Shown: in pieces, positions 14,201 through 25,221 of the stretch
Layout of the letters: each line of letters opens with the position of its first letter
Position numbering within the stretch: the stretch's first letter is position 1
Source: Nageia nagi
Lineage: Eukaryota > Plantae > Pinophyta
Assembly: GCA_050084985.1 (NCBI GenBank)
Contig: JBITNC010000001.1
Coordinates: 138,136,001-138,200,000 of the forward strand
Direction: 5' to 3'
Length of the DNA stretch: 64,000 nt
Position numbers and translations under genes: made by a program
Notes under the pieces: generated by a model
Told to the model about the DNA's origin: nothing
Databases searched by the model: none
What the model saw: the letters and a program-made list of their open reading frames with translations, nothing else

Positions 14201-15003
14201 TTTGAATGATTGTTTGTAGGTTGGTAGTTCATCTGCTGCGGAGAGAAATTGGTCTACCTATGGCTTCATCCATAGTCTATGGAGGAATAGACTTACTTCT
14301 CGTAGAGCAGAGAAGTTAGTTGCAGTGCCTAGCTCTCTTTGCCTTTGCAAGAGAGTTATGCCAGAGTATAGGGCTAGTCCAGCTACACGTTGGGATGTTG
14401 ATCCAGTGGAGGCAGGCCAACTTGATGTTGATGATGATGAGGCTGATGAGTCGATGTTTGGATTGCCATTGCATACTCTTCATTTGGATGATGACAGCTC
14501 AGCAGATGAGGAGGATATGGATACACAACCATTAGCACATGAGCCTATAGACTCATAGAGCCATAGGGCATAGACTATAGTGGTTATTTTGGCATTTTCA
14601 TATTGTTATTCAGATACTTGTTCGACATACTAATGTCCCCTCTATGTATTTGATTCAGTCTTTCAAACCTATGACATTATGATTGTGTTATCAGATTTAT
14701 GATTTCAGATTTTATGATTTAGACATTTACGGTTTACCCTTTTTTATGATTGTCTTGAAGTTGAATTTCGTAGTCTCTAATTTCAATTCCATGTTTTCAG
14801 TCTTTAATTTGTATACATGATTAAATTTGATAATATGATCATTCATCATAATAATAATGAATTGGAAATGATAAAATCTGAAAATTTTGATAATTTTTAC
14901 TAGTATTATATTTGCCGTTCCCTGCCGTTCGCCAAAAATGACCCTATTTTTTCCCCCGTTCCCAGATACACGTTCCCCCGTTCCTCGGTCATGTGGAACA
15001 TTG
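11218..15003 (+). mobile_element. Full-length hAT DNA transposon (3786 bp)
   Basis: 8-bp TSD CAAAAATC (11210-17, 15004-11); TIRs TAGTGTTCCAC / GTGGAACATTG; CGTTCCC-type subterminal repeats at both ends. Confidence 0.95.
11881..14558 (+). pseudogene. hAT transposase pseudogene (BED finger, DUF659, hAT dimerisation domain), about 4 introns
   Basis: FKCHFC...VESHL, CSIIMDGWTD, PLHMAAHILNPKWY, WWELYG...LAIRLLSQ, SSAAERNWSTYGFIHS; several in-frame stops and frameshifts. Confidence 0.92.
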
Positions 15004-15639
15004 CAAAAATCTATTTCCAATCAACAATAGGGGTACTGGTATCTATTGTTGGAGCAGCGGAGGCAATCTCTTGTTACCGCTTTCTTCTTTGCTACTAGTA
15101 GTCCTTCAGCCTTGGATGTTAGGATTGGTTTGAGTAGCACTTTCTAGTCAACCCTAGGATGGTTCAACCTAGTCCTTCCAGTTTGGGGCATTCTCCCACA
15201 ACCATTCTCGGTTGTTGCATGAGATCTTTTGTGGTGGTTGATGTCACAACCGTTGGTTCTTCAAACCCATGCTTCTCTCAAAGCTTTCGACAGCGCTTGG
15301 TTCTCATGATGCTCCTCTAGTTTCTTTTTCTCTTCACTTATCTTGGAGGGATTCTCCCTTTTGCTTTTGTAACTTTTAGGGTTAGGGTGTTTTCCCCTTT
15401 ACCTCCTTAACCCTTTGTTTTGTTTTAGTTTACTTTTTTGCTGTAGGGTCTTTTTCTCTAGCTCATTTCTATTGTTTGGCTGTGCTTTTGAGTGCCTTTG
15501 ACCTTTTTGGTCACTCGTGGACATTAATATAATATCTTTCTTTCTTTCTGTAAAACACACGATATGTATTAGATAAAACAAAAGACAAAGAATACATTTT
15601 CATTTTTTAAGAGTTCTAAATGTTCATAGTTTTTTCTAT

Positions 15640-15841
15640 TGTTGTTTAATATATTACTTCATTTTATATTTATAAGATACATAAAAATATCATTTTTAGA
15701 ATTTTCTAATCTCTTCTTCGAAATTGGATACATCTATGTTATTTGGGTTGTGTCCATGATGTATGGTATCTGTATCTGTGATTCTGTATCCAGTATCTGG
15801 ATACGAGTATCTAAGCAAGGGGTATAGAGTATCCGGTAACT
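15640..15841. mobile_element. End of a non-autonomous DNA transposon (GTATC subterminal repeats)
   Basis: Cluster of GTATC/GATAC repeats 15766-15835 ending GTATCCGGTAACT, next to an AT-rich body. Confidence 0.35.
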
Positions 15842-16931
15842 GTTTTTTTCTGCTTCCTTTACAAAGATTGACAATCTTGGCACATACAAATTGCAGCACT
15901 AGAATATCTGATATTGGATCTGTATAGAACAAGGATACGTTATAAGTTACTATCCTAGCCAGTTTGATGTGATGATAGCTGACAGGTGATGTAGGAAAAA
16001 GTAGTGTAAGTTTGAGATGTTTTCCAGCATAAACTGAATAATTTAGGGACTAGTCTACAAACAATGAAGCAGGACTCAGCAGTTAACTGCCATACTCATC
16101 TACTTTTGACATTATGATCCCAAGTGAACCCCTGTTATTGTACTGATTAAACCCTAATGTTCTGTTACAAACTTAGGACCAATCAATATCTAATTTATAA
16201 TAAAATTTTAATTTTTGAATGGAAATCCAAGTTGCAGTAAAATATCAAATATGTGAACCGGAATAGTACTTCACTTGCTGAAATACAATCAATACATAAA
16301 AGACTAGAAGCAGAATAGAACTGTGTTATAATTCTGAACATAAGGGAAACCATGCTTTTCTGAGAAGATATGAGCTCCGACTCAGGCAAGGAAATCCCTA
16401 AGGGCAGTAGATTTCTGCACTTGGACAAGGACTAGCCTTTTCAAAACTATTCATGAAAGCATATGCACATGATGTCATAAACTGTCTCACTAAATTTGTC
16501 ATTCGGATTCTGAAACAAAAATGTAATTACCTTACAGAATGGATAAACTCACAAGTTCCTGAATTATAATTATTAGAAGAATCTCTCTGATGCAACGGGC
16601 TAATCTTTGGTGTAGTTATGCCAAATATTGTAGACTGGATTGTGCCCCTTATATGGAGCATTTGAGTACAGAGATGGAATTCATGAGAAAGAATAGCTAA
16701 ATTTCACTAGTTTCATGTAAGTGATTGCTTTGGAGATGATGTTTTCATGACTATGGAAGAGTTGTGACTCGTTAACTTTCAAATCTATTTGTAACTTACT
16801 GAATTGCTCTTTTTAACAAACTATTATTACCACTATTTGCACATATAGCTCTTGGAATTCACATATTGTATTGTGATTTCTTGATACCAAAAAGTACAAC
16901 ACCTTTTCTAGGATGTATAGAACCCTTGTAT

Positions 16932-17305
16932 TGTTAGGAGGTGAAGTCAATTTTCAGAACTCCAATGTTCCTCTCATGATGATGCATGGTGGTGCATGGG
17001 TGTGGTGGTACAATGGTGCATAGCGGTGCGCCCCTTGACGATTATTAAGCATGACTATTTTTAGGCACGACTATTATTAAGTGCTATTTGCATATACCAT
17101 GGGTTTTGGAATCTTCGTATTTTTTTTATAAAAGGGGAATGACCCCTTGTCTTTATATATTGAGAAAGTTTGAGAGTAATAAAGGTTAAAGTTGCCATTT
17201 TCCCTAAGTTTTTTCTCTGCATACACTAGGGTTTTCCAAGTTAATCGCATACATTATTATTTATTTCTATATATTATTTCAGTTAGTGTTATCAGTTTCT
17301 TAACA
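16932..17305 (+). mobile_element. Short Copia-type solo LTR (374 bp)
   Basis: TGTTAGGA...TTCTTAACA; TATA-like TATATAT at ~17154; flanks TGTAT/CATAT (CpG-decayed CGTAT TSD). Confidence 0.7.
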
Positions 17306-17836
17306 CATATCAGGTGTTTTGGGGATAGGAACGAAACGTCCCACCCTAGTACAAAATTTCCTTTTTTCCTCTAGAATGTTCTCTCTTTCTATAAGACATT
17401 TAGATGTCCTTAGGATGGTTGGGTGTCTAGGAAACGCCTAGGCATCAACCCCATGCATGCATCTGAGGGAAAAAAATTGCCAAATGTTTACCAGGTCTTG
17501 GTGCTGGAGAAGTATTTATCCAAGCATCACCCACACAAACCGGAGGCAGAGTAACACCTTTCCAATTTCTGCTCAGGTCAAGCACCCATTAAGATAGGAG
17601 GCCAAGTAAACAGGCATAGCACTAGAATCTATTCATGACAAGTTGGCTTGAATCAGTACTCTGCATGCAAGCATAGCTCTAAAATTAGTAGTTTGCACTT
17701 TGTTACTAGATCTCCCTCTCCTTGCCAAAGCATATTATGGCTGTTCATAGAGTCTGAATTTCTCTTTGTTCCCCTTTGTCTCGTTGAAATCCGTTTGGAT
17801 TCATCACCAATGTAACACCTTTTAGAATTAGTTCAT

Positions 17837-20800
17837 TTTTTTTTAATGAAAAAAATATTATATTAATAAAAACACTTAATCATACAAAAAGGATGGGTGG
17901 AATTAGCACACCCCATGAGCAAAAATGTTAGGCAGAATTAGCACACCTCGTGAGCAAAGACATATAGTTGGCACATCATCTAAAAAACATTACAACATCA
18001 AAACAAGGTTTGCAATGATGTGAACCATAAATCCTAGCAATCATCCATTGTGTGGGGCTTGAGAGGCGGGCCGAAAATTATCCTCTTCATTGACATACTG
18101 CCAGCCCCCATCGGAAGAGACTAGAGCATTCCATCCGATTTCCATACTCCAACCAGCCAACAACCCTTGTTGAACATTATGATCATTGGTATGAAAGCCA
18201 CCATTAGGACCAACAATGGTGAATGCAGTATCACCCCACCACCTGATAATTGGCTTCGAGGCAACAAGTTGAATATCCAACCCAAAATATTGGTGGGAGG
18301 GAATACCACCACCATTCTCTAGGTGTTTGCGACATTGAGGGGGCTAAGACCAATGTCTATTTGCAGGGGAGTTAGGGTGTAGACAATATCCATGATGAGG
18401 CAACAAGCGAGACCTGGATGAACCTCTTAAAGAGGAATTGGGAGGGACTTGACTCACAATGCAAGGGGCATTACCCTAGTGATCCATAATGCCATGTAAA
18501 TTCTCCAACTCACAATTAACTTTCTCCACCTGTACATAAATTTGCAATCAACAATCATAAAATTTATCATATTTTTCACTGAATGAAAAGGACAAATAAA
18601 GAATTAACTTCGTGAAAACTGCTTTACTTTTGGTTTTCCACAAATGGAAGAAATGCTAATTTGGAAAACATTCCAAATCGACTCCAAATGTTCAAAAAAC
18701 TCAATGGGGCACCCAATAGAGCATGTGACCAAGAAAAGGGACTTTGCATGAAAGGTCGAAAAGAAGCAAGGAGCCATTCCCAGGCAAGAGAAGCCCACCG
18801 ACACCACCAAAATATATGCATAACATCTTTAAACTCTTTGCAAAAAGGATAGGTAGGGTGATGAACATCTAATTGCTTTAGTCTATTACCTATAGAAAAA
18901 CCTTGATGAATAAGGCTCTGAGCAAAAACACTTTTTTTTGGTTCAATATAAGAAGCCCAGGCTCTTTTAAAGCATAAGCTCAACCTAGAAGGGGAGTAGA
19001 CTAAATCCCATTTTACATTAAGCCAGTAGGCCATCAGGACATTGGGAGTAAGCCAAATATACCCAAGATGGGCCTTGTATTGAATAATGGGAAGATTGTT
19101 AGGCCAACACTTGCCTGACCAAGTTTTTTGAAACAACTTATGCAATTTACTCCATAGAGAGAAAGGAATATTGTCTAAAACAACATCACATGTCAGTTTA
19201 TTTTCATTCCTATGACTATGGATTGTCAAAAAACTTCCTAGGTAATCCAGCTTTTGGAGTGCTTTGAAAAAAAGTTCAAAAGGAGTGCCATTCCCTTCTA
19301 AAAAAACACTAAGCTCTTATCCCTTGAACTCAAGCTAGTGGTAATCCTTGGTATGTAATAGCAATGGACAACCAAACATTTATGTCCGAGAGAGAAGTTC
19401 CTGAATTCCGATCCTTCCCTCTTCAACATAACAAAGGTTTAAGAGCCTCCCAAGCTTTCCAAATACTATTAATGACAAAGGAACCATGAACTTTAATAGG
19501 GACAGGGGCAGTAAGAATGGCCTGTAAACTCAAACCTTTCAAATTCTCTTGTCATGGGGAAGACTATTAGATAGGCAATGTCTAATAAGAATGTTCCAAG
19601 ATTCATTTCCTATTAGGGAGCGAGTGATCCATTTAGCACATAAAGCAAAGCCTTGTCTTTGGAAATCAAAAAGCCCCATCCCACCACAAGATTTAGGGAG
19701 GCAACACACATCCTAGGCTACTCTATGGAACCCTTGTTTCATGACATATTTCGTGCATTGGAAATCTCTCAGTAGTTTATGCAATTTTTTGTAACAAGCT
19801 TTGGATGGGACCTGACAAGAAGAGAAGTGAACATGAGTGGTAACTAAAGTTTTAGAACAAATTTGAAATTTACCAGCAAGGGAGAGTTTCTTGGTGGCCC
19901 AATTAGACAATTTCTTTTCCACTTTCTGAACCACATATTGCCAAAGTTGAGCAGAGGAGCCAAGGAATGCAAAGGGAATTCCTAGGAACTAAAAAATCTC
20001 ACATGATTGGATCCATCTCCATTGAAATTGGTAGATCTAATCAGACATAGGGTCTGAAGACTACCTACAGCAAGAGGATTTTCTCCATTGAATGCTGGAC
20101 CTAAAAGCATAGTAGAACACATTCAATGGATGGTAGAGGAAAAAGATGTTCTTCTCTAAGAGTCAAAAAAGAATCATCGACAAAGTGACCATTGACAAGT
20201 TGATGATTAGAAATAGGGAGTTTAATGCCTTTGAGGCTCCCTTGTCCAACCTTATGGGCCAAAAGATAGCCAAAAGCTTCAACAACAAAAATAAAAAGAG
20301 GAGGGGCAAGAGGGCAACCTTGGTGAACAACTGACCAAGATGTATAGAGTCAGATTGATAGTTATTCAAAGTGAGGACAATAAAGGCATCTTTGAATAGC
20401 ATGTGAACTGTGTTAATGAAAAACTATCCAAAACCCAAGGCCTGTAACGTAGAGGTAATGAAGTACCATTCCATTTTATCATATGCCTTTTCAAAGTCTA
20501 TTTTGATGAACAACACATCTTGCTTTGAAGATTGTGCCCACCCCATTCCTTCCCAAACTTCTACCACATTATCTAAAATGTATCTTCCTTGAACAAACCT
20601 CATTTGCTCATTTGACAATCAAAGAAATAAAGGTCAAAGCTTTAACACAACATCTTTTGCAATGATTTTGTAACTCACATTCAAAAGGGTGATGGGTCTC
20701 CATCTGGTGAATAGCATTTTTGGGAATAAATTTTTCATTCCCTTTGTTAATGATGGCACCTAAAGAGCCACATTGCGTTGCTTCCAAATACACTTTATGC

Positions 20801-23428
20801 AAATCAGGGCCCAACATGTCCCAAAACGCCTTGTAGAACTCACAAGGAAAACCGTCTAAACCAGGTGCCTTATCATTGGACATAAGGGACAAAACCTGCT
20901 TGAGATCCTCCATGGATAAAGGAGTGTCACACTTCTCAACTTGGGTTGAAGAGAGTTTACAGGGAACAATTGAACAACACTCGTCCGATGTTTGTTGCCG
21001 CTCTGCATTTAAAGGCTGACAGGCAAATACTCCCTGATAATGGTTTACAAAAGCATTGACAATGTCCTGAAGCTCAGTAAATCTTCTTGCTTCTATTTGA
21101 ATTGCTTGAAACTGAGGATTATGAACGGGGGGTGGAATCTTTTAAAAAACTCTTTGGAGACCCTCTCCCCAATTTGGAGCCAATGCAAGTGGGCTCGTAA
21201 TTGAGCACCCTTGGCTTCATTTATGTTAGCTTTCTTAAACTCATGTCGTAAAGAGGCCACCTGAGACTGTAAAGGCATACTAAAAGGGGAGGTCTCAAGT
21301 TGGAGACATGCCTTGGTAAGTTTGTTTTTCAAAGTATAATTGGCTTGTCTTTTGCGTTTAGCAATTTCCACCCCTAAAGTGCACAAAATTTTGGTAGTGC
21401 ATTGAATAGCAAAGTTACACCTTGATCCAACCCAAACTGCCAATAGGCCGAGGAAGCAAATTCCAAATTCTATAAATATGGGCCTTCATGGCCAGACTCT
21501 GCAAAAAGGAAACATTCAGATATAATTGGGAAGAATGGATTCTGGGTTGAAGACTTTGCATTCCACAACAAACAAAATTGGGGCATGATAAAAGAGTGGT
21601 AGCAAGCAAGATTGTTATAAACGAGGAGGTAAACTGTATTCGAGAAAAATAAAAAAATTTGCACCCCCGGTCTAACCTCTTAAGGACCTTGGCCGTCTCA
21701 GCTTGGAAGTTCAACCAAGTGAACCAAATTTCTCGAGGAAAATTAGAGGGTGAAAAACAGGAATTAGGATAAAAAAGATGGAGCTTATTTTTCATGAAGA
21801 ACTAGGTTTGCATTCATCAGAGCACCAATGCCTCTAAGAGTGACTAACTTTATCAGAATTCTTCTCCACCATGTTAAAATCTTTGGAAAAAATTTAGGAG
21901 CCAAGAGGTAAGGACAAGGCTAGCCATCACCAAAGAGCGCTTCTAATCGAAGTATTGTCAGAAGCATACACATTAACCACCCCAAAAGGCTTCCCTCCAA
22001 TCTCAAGTAAAATCCAATCTGCTTGGTTTGAAGGGTCAACGCTCTGCGTCACAACATGTGTTTGCTACTTAGACACTGTGTTAGTGACAACTCCTTTCTT
22101 AGGCAAATGATTGGTAGCATGAAACATGCTACATGGGCTGGGAAAATTACATACACATTGCATATTGAAATCACTAATATTAACTTCTTGCAGGCAAAGA
22201 AAATCAAAAGCTTCATGCAGATAGTAGCATTCGCTAACTCATCTCAGACCAAATATTTACAAACCGGATCTATTTGTTCCCCACGTTTCACAAGAAAAAA
22301 ATCATGAGGACTTGTTAGGATTCATAATATCCATGACATCCTCTGCATACCCTAAACCTTCTAGCGAACTAAAAGAGTTGGCTCCACCAAGGAAATTGCC
22401 ATCACTAGAAGACATTTGGTGAGAGACCTCATCCCATAGACGAAGCTTGTCAAAGCTCAAAACTAGGCTATCCCTCTAAGGGCTTCTAGAGCGATGAACT
22501 TTGAAAGCTTGTCCTTCATCTGTAGAGGAATGTGTGGGTGCAATAGATGAAAAGACTGGCACTGTAGTAGATTGAGATTCCACCGCAATTGAGGCAGAGG
22601 AAGGTCCAAACTAGAGAGAAGTTGAAAAAGTTGGCGGCTGAGAAATAGTAGGGTCAACCAAAGTAACATGCATGACACCAGGGGGTTGCATGGCAACAAC
22701 AATTGGTGCATTCGAATCAGATGGTTGCATGGAGCTAATGGGGGCTTGCATGTCATGAGTATCAATGGGCCTAGTCTGAATTGATGGAAATGAGGAGTTG
22801 GAAAGTTTTGATTGTCTCAGAGCTCAATTTCTTCAATTAGGGATTGTGTTCCATTCTTCCTAACCCCCCGAGCACCATTCGTAGTAGCTGTAGGCGTAGG
22901 CAGAGGGTTCTGCATCAGTTTGAACTTCCACTCCATCAGTGGACATTTCCAAATCTTGTGAGAAGTAGACTAACAACGGTATTAGGTATTGGGTAGGTTA
23001 ATATAGGCTACATGTTACCGAATGGAGATATCACCAATCTTTATATCTATGAATTCCTATAAGTCTTTGGTGAGGTCAACTCTGACACAGACCATCTTAG
23101 TTGGCCAAGCTGATTTTTTTTTTCGGATTTGAGACACAAACTTTCCAAGGAGAGAAGCACGAGTTTGCATAAAAACCCCAAAAAGGCATAGGTAAACCAG
23201 CGAATTCAATCCATACAGGCACCTCTAGCTTAGCTTGGTTGCTGGCTGTAAAGTCTTGAGTGTAGGATTGTAGAATTAACAAAGAGTTTCTCACCATCCA
23301 AGGACCTTTGTTTTACACCTTTTGGGCTCAAGCAGGGTCAGGGAAACGAAAAAAGGAAGTAGGCCTTGGTGAGGTTCTGGATATTCTCAACCTTAACACC
23401 ATATGGACCTTGTTGTGCTTGCACAACA
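17837..23428 (-). mobile_element. L1-clade LINE, 5'-truncated in ORF1, degenerate
   Basis: Poly(T) at ~17837. ORF2: DFLCLQEVN (APE), DKAPGLDGFPCEFYKAFW, IKIDFEKAYDKMEW, QGCPLAP, FVDDS, PFCKEFKDVMHIFWWC. ORF1: GPWMVRNSLLIL...VPVWIEF. Confidence 0.93.
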
Positions 23429-23589
23429 CCCCCAAAGTTTTTATATTTTGAGGACCCTCAAAATAAAAGAACAATGCATGGAAGTAACATTTGTCCAAGG
23501 GAATGTATGCATTTTGGTCTAGCTTTAGGAAACATGTTAAATTTGCACATTCATGGTCAACTCAAGTCAGAAGTATGCATTTCTCCTCA

Positions 23590-24980
23590 GCCGCATGTTT
23601 TGAGGGATGTGCTTTTGCACACCTCCCAAATGGTGCGACCAGCCTCATGTTGCATTTTCATACTCATCACTTGCATTTTTAGTCTTAAAATTGCACCTTT
23701 AGGGTTCCTCATGCTGCAGAACTTCGTTTTTCCCTCATCGCATTTTGTGTTCATGGTCATTTTGTTCAGAATTCAAGGTGAAAAACATGTTTTCAATCAG
23801 TCTCATGTTTTCGAGTGTGTGCTTTTGCACCCACCCAAAATGGTGCGACTAGGTTGGAGCCTTTCATACTTAGCATTTTTTTGGCAAAACCTGTTGCATC
23901 TTTTCAAGTGAGTGCTTTTGCACCCAACCAAATCCATGCGACCAAGGAGAAAGAGATTTATACTTAGCTGTTTTGGAACCTACAAGGCTTGTCGCATGTT
24001 TTCAAGTGAGTGCTTTTGCACCCATCCAAATCCATGCGACCAGGAGAAAAAAAGGGGGAACTTAGCCATTTTTGAGGCAATCAAGGCTAGTCGCATGCTT
24101 TCAAGTGAGCACTTTTGCACCGAACCCAAATCATGTGACCAGATTCATGAGGTGAAAATTGGCTAAGTGTTGGGTCCAAATTGTTTGCCAAGTGGAAACA
24201 CATGCATTCAACCCCCTCTTGCACCTATCATGTGATGACACTTGTCCTACCTGGAAGGCTATAAAAGGAAAGTTAGCATTGCGTGGAGCCAAGGGAGAAA
24301 AAAGACGTCCTCCAAAACATGCGACCTATGTCAGACCTTCATTTTTTAAGTCATTTTTGGAATTTCTAGTCTCGGGAGGTGTGCCAAACCCCAGACATAA
24401 GGATTAAGGTGCATGCTTTTGCACCCTTTCAAAACGGTGCGACCAGGGATTGGACTACAGTGTTGACTTGAAATTTGGCTAAGTATCCAAGAGCCTAGTC
24501 TCATGCTTTTTGACACATGCTTTTGCACCCCTTTAAAACCATGCGCCCTTATTTTGGCTCCACCATTTGACCCCAGCTTGACCAACCCGAAGGTGACACA
24601 TGGCAGCATAGAAGGTTATAAATATACACGCCACCCCTTCCTCATTTCTACTACTTCATCTCAAATTTTTCACCCTTCCCCCAATCGCATCATTTCTAGG
24701 GCATGCTTTTGCACTCATCTAAAACAGTGCACCAGGGAGAAATAAGGAGTATAGAGGGACGTTGTGCATCTAGGTAGCTTGTTTTTGGCTAAGGCATTTA
24801 GTGAGGCCCCGAGCTCAAGGTGCATGCTTTTTGACACATGCTTTTTCACTCACCCAGATCCATGTGCCCGGGTGTGAGGTGAAGAATTATGTTCTGAAAT
24901 TTGACTAAGTGACCCAAGCCCCAGTCGCATGCTTTTCAAGCAGTGCTCAAGCACTCATCCAAAACTGTGCACCCGAGATT
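23590..24980. repeat. Array of about 10 degenerate ~50-bp hairpin motifs (core period ~97 bp)
   Basis: Best copy 23991-24040 GTCGCATG-ttttcaag-tgaGTGC-tttt-GCACcca-tccaaatc-CATGCGAC; others near 23591, 23801, 23893, 24090, 24411, 24501, 24701, 24821, 24925. Confidence 0.85.
24591..24624 (+). promoter_or_regulatory. Putative promoter of accessory gene (G-box-like GACACATGG plus TATAAATA 24617-24)
   Basis: TATA followed by a pyrimidine-rich leader; candidate leader intron GT 24774 to AG 25191; ATG at 25222. Confidence 0.45.
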
Positions 24981-25221
24981 GCAAGGGGAAATTGGTCAAG
25001 TGTGAGACACTAGGAGTTGGGAGGAGAAGAGGACAAGTGGCAAGCATGCACCCTGCGATGCATTCATACTCCATGCATCTCATTTGAAAGGGGGGCAACT
25101 TTGATTTAGTGTACTAGATGTCCTATAGCGCAGGTCTACATGTCTGGTTCTGCCTTGTTGCATCTTTCACAACATTCAAATTTGTCCTTAGGTTCTCTTG
25201 AGGCATTCCAGACATTTTTGC

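Larger units (their letters stand above)
10147..15400 (-). mobile_element. Old decayed coding-like TE segment (10147-11217 plus 15012-15400) split by the hAT insertion
   Basis: Purine-rich minus strand continues across the hAT TSD; no clean domain recognised. Confidence 0.35.

Noticed and set aside
23366-23911. 181-aa ORF as a gene
   Set aside because: It spans the LINE junction and the repeat array, has a non-ATG start and shows no protein-like features.
23590-24980. CRISPR-like array (palindromic repeats with spacers)
   Set aside because: The linkers resemble each other, the repeats are degenerate, there are no cas genes and the context is a eukaryotic TE.
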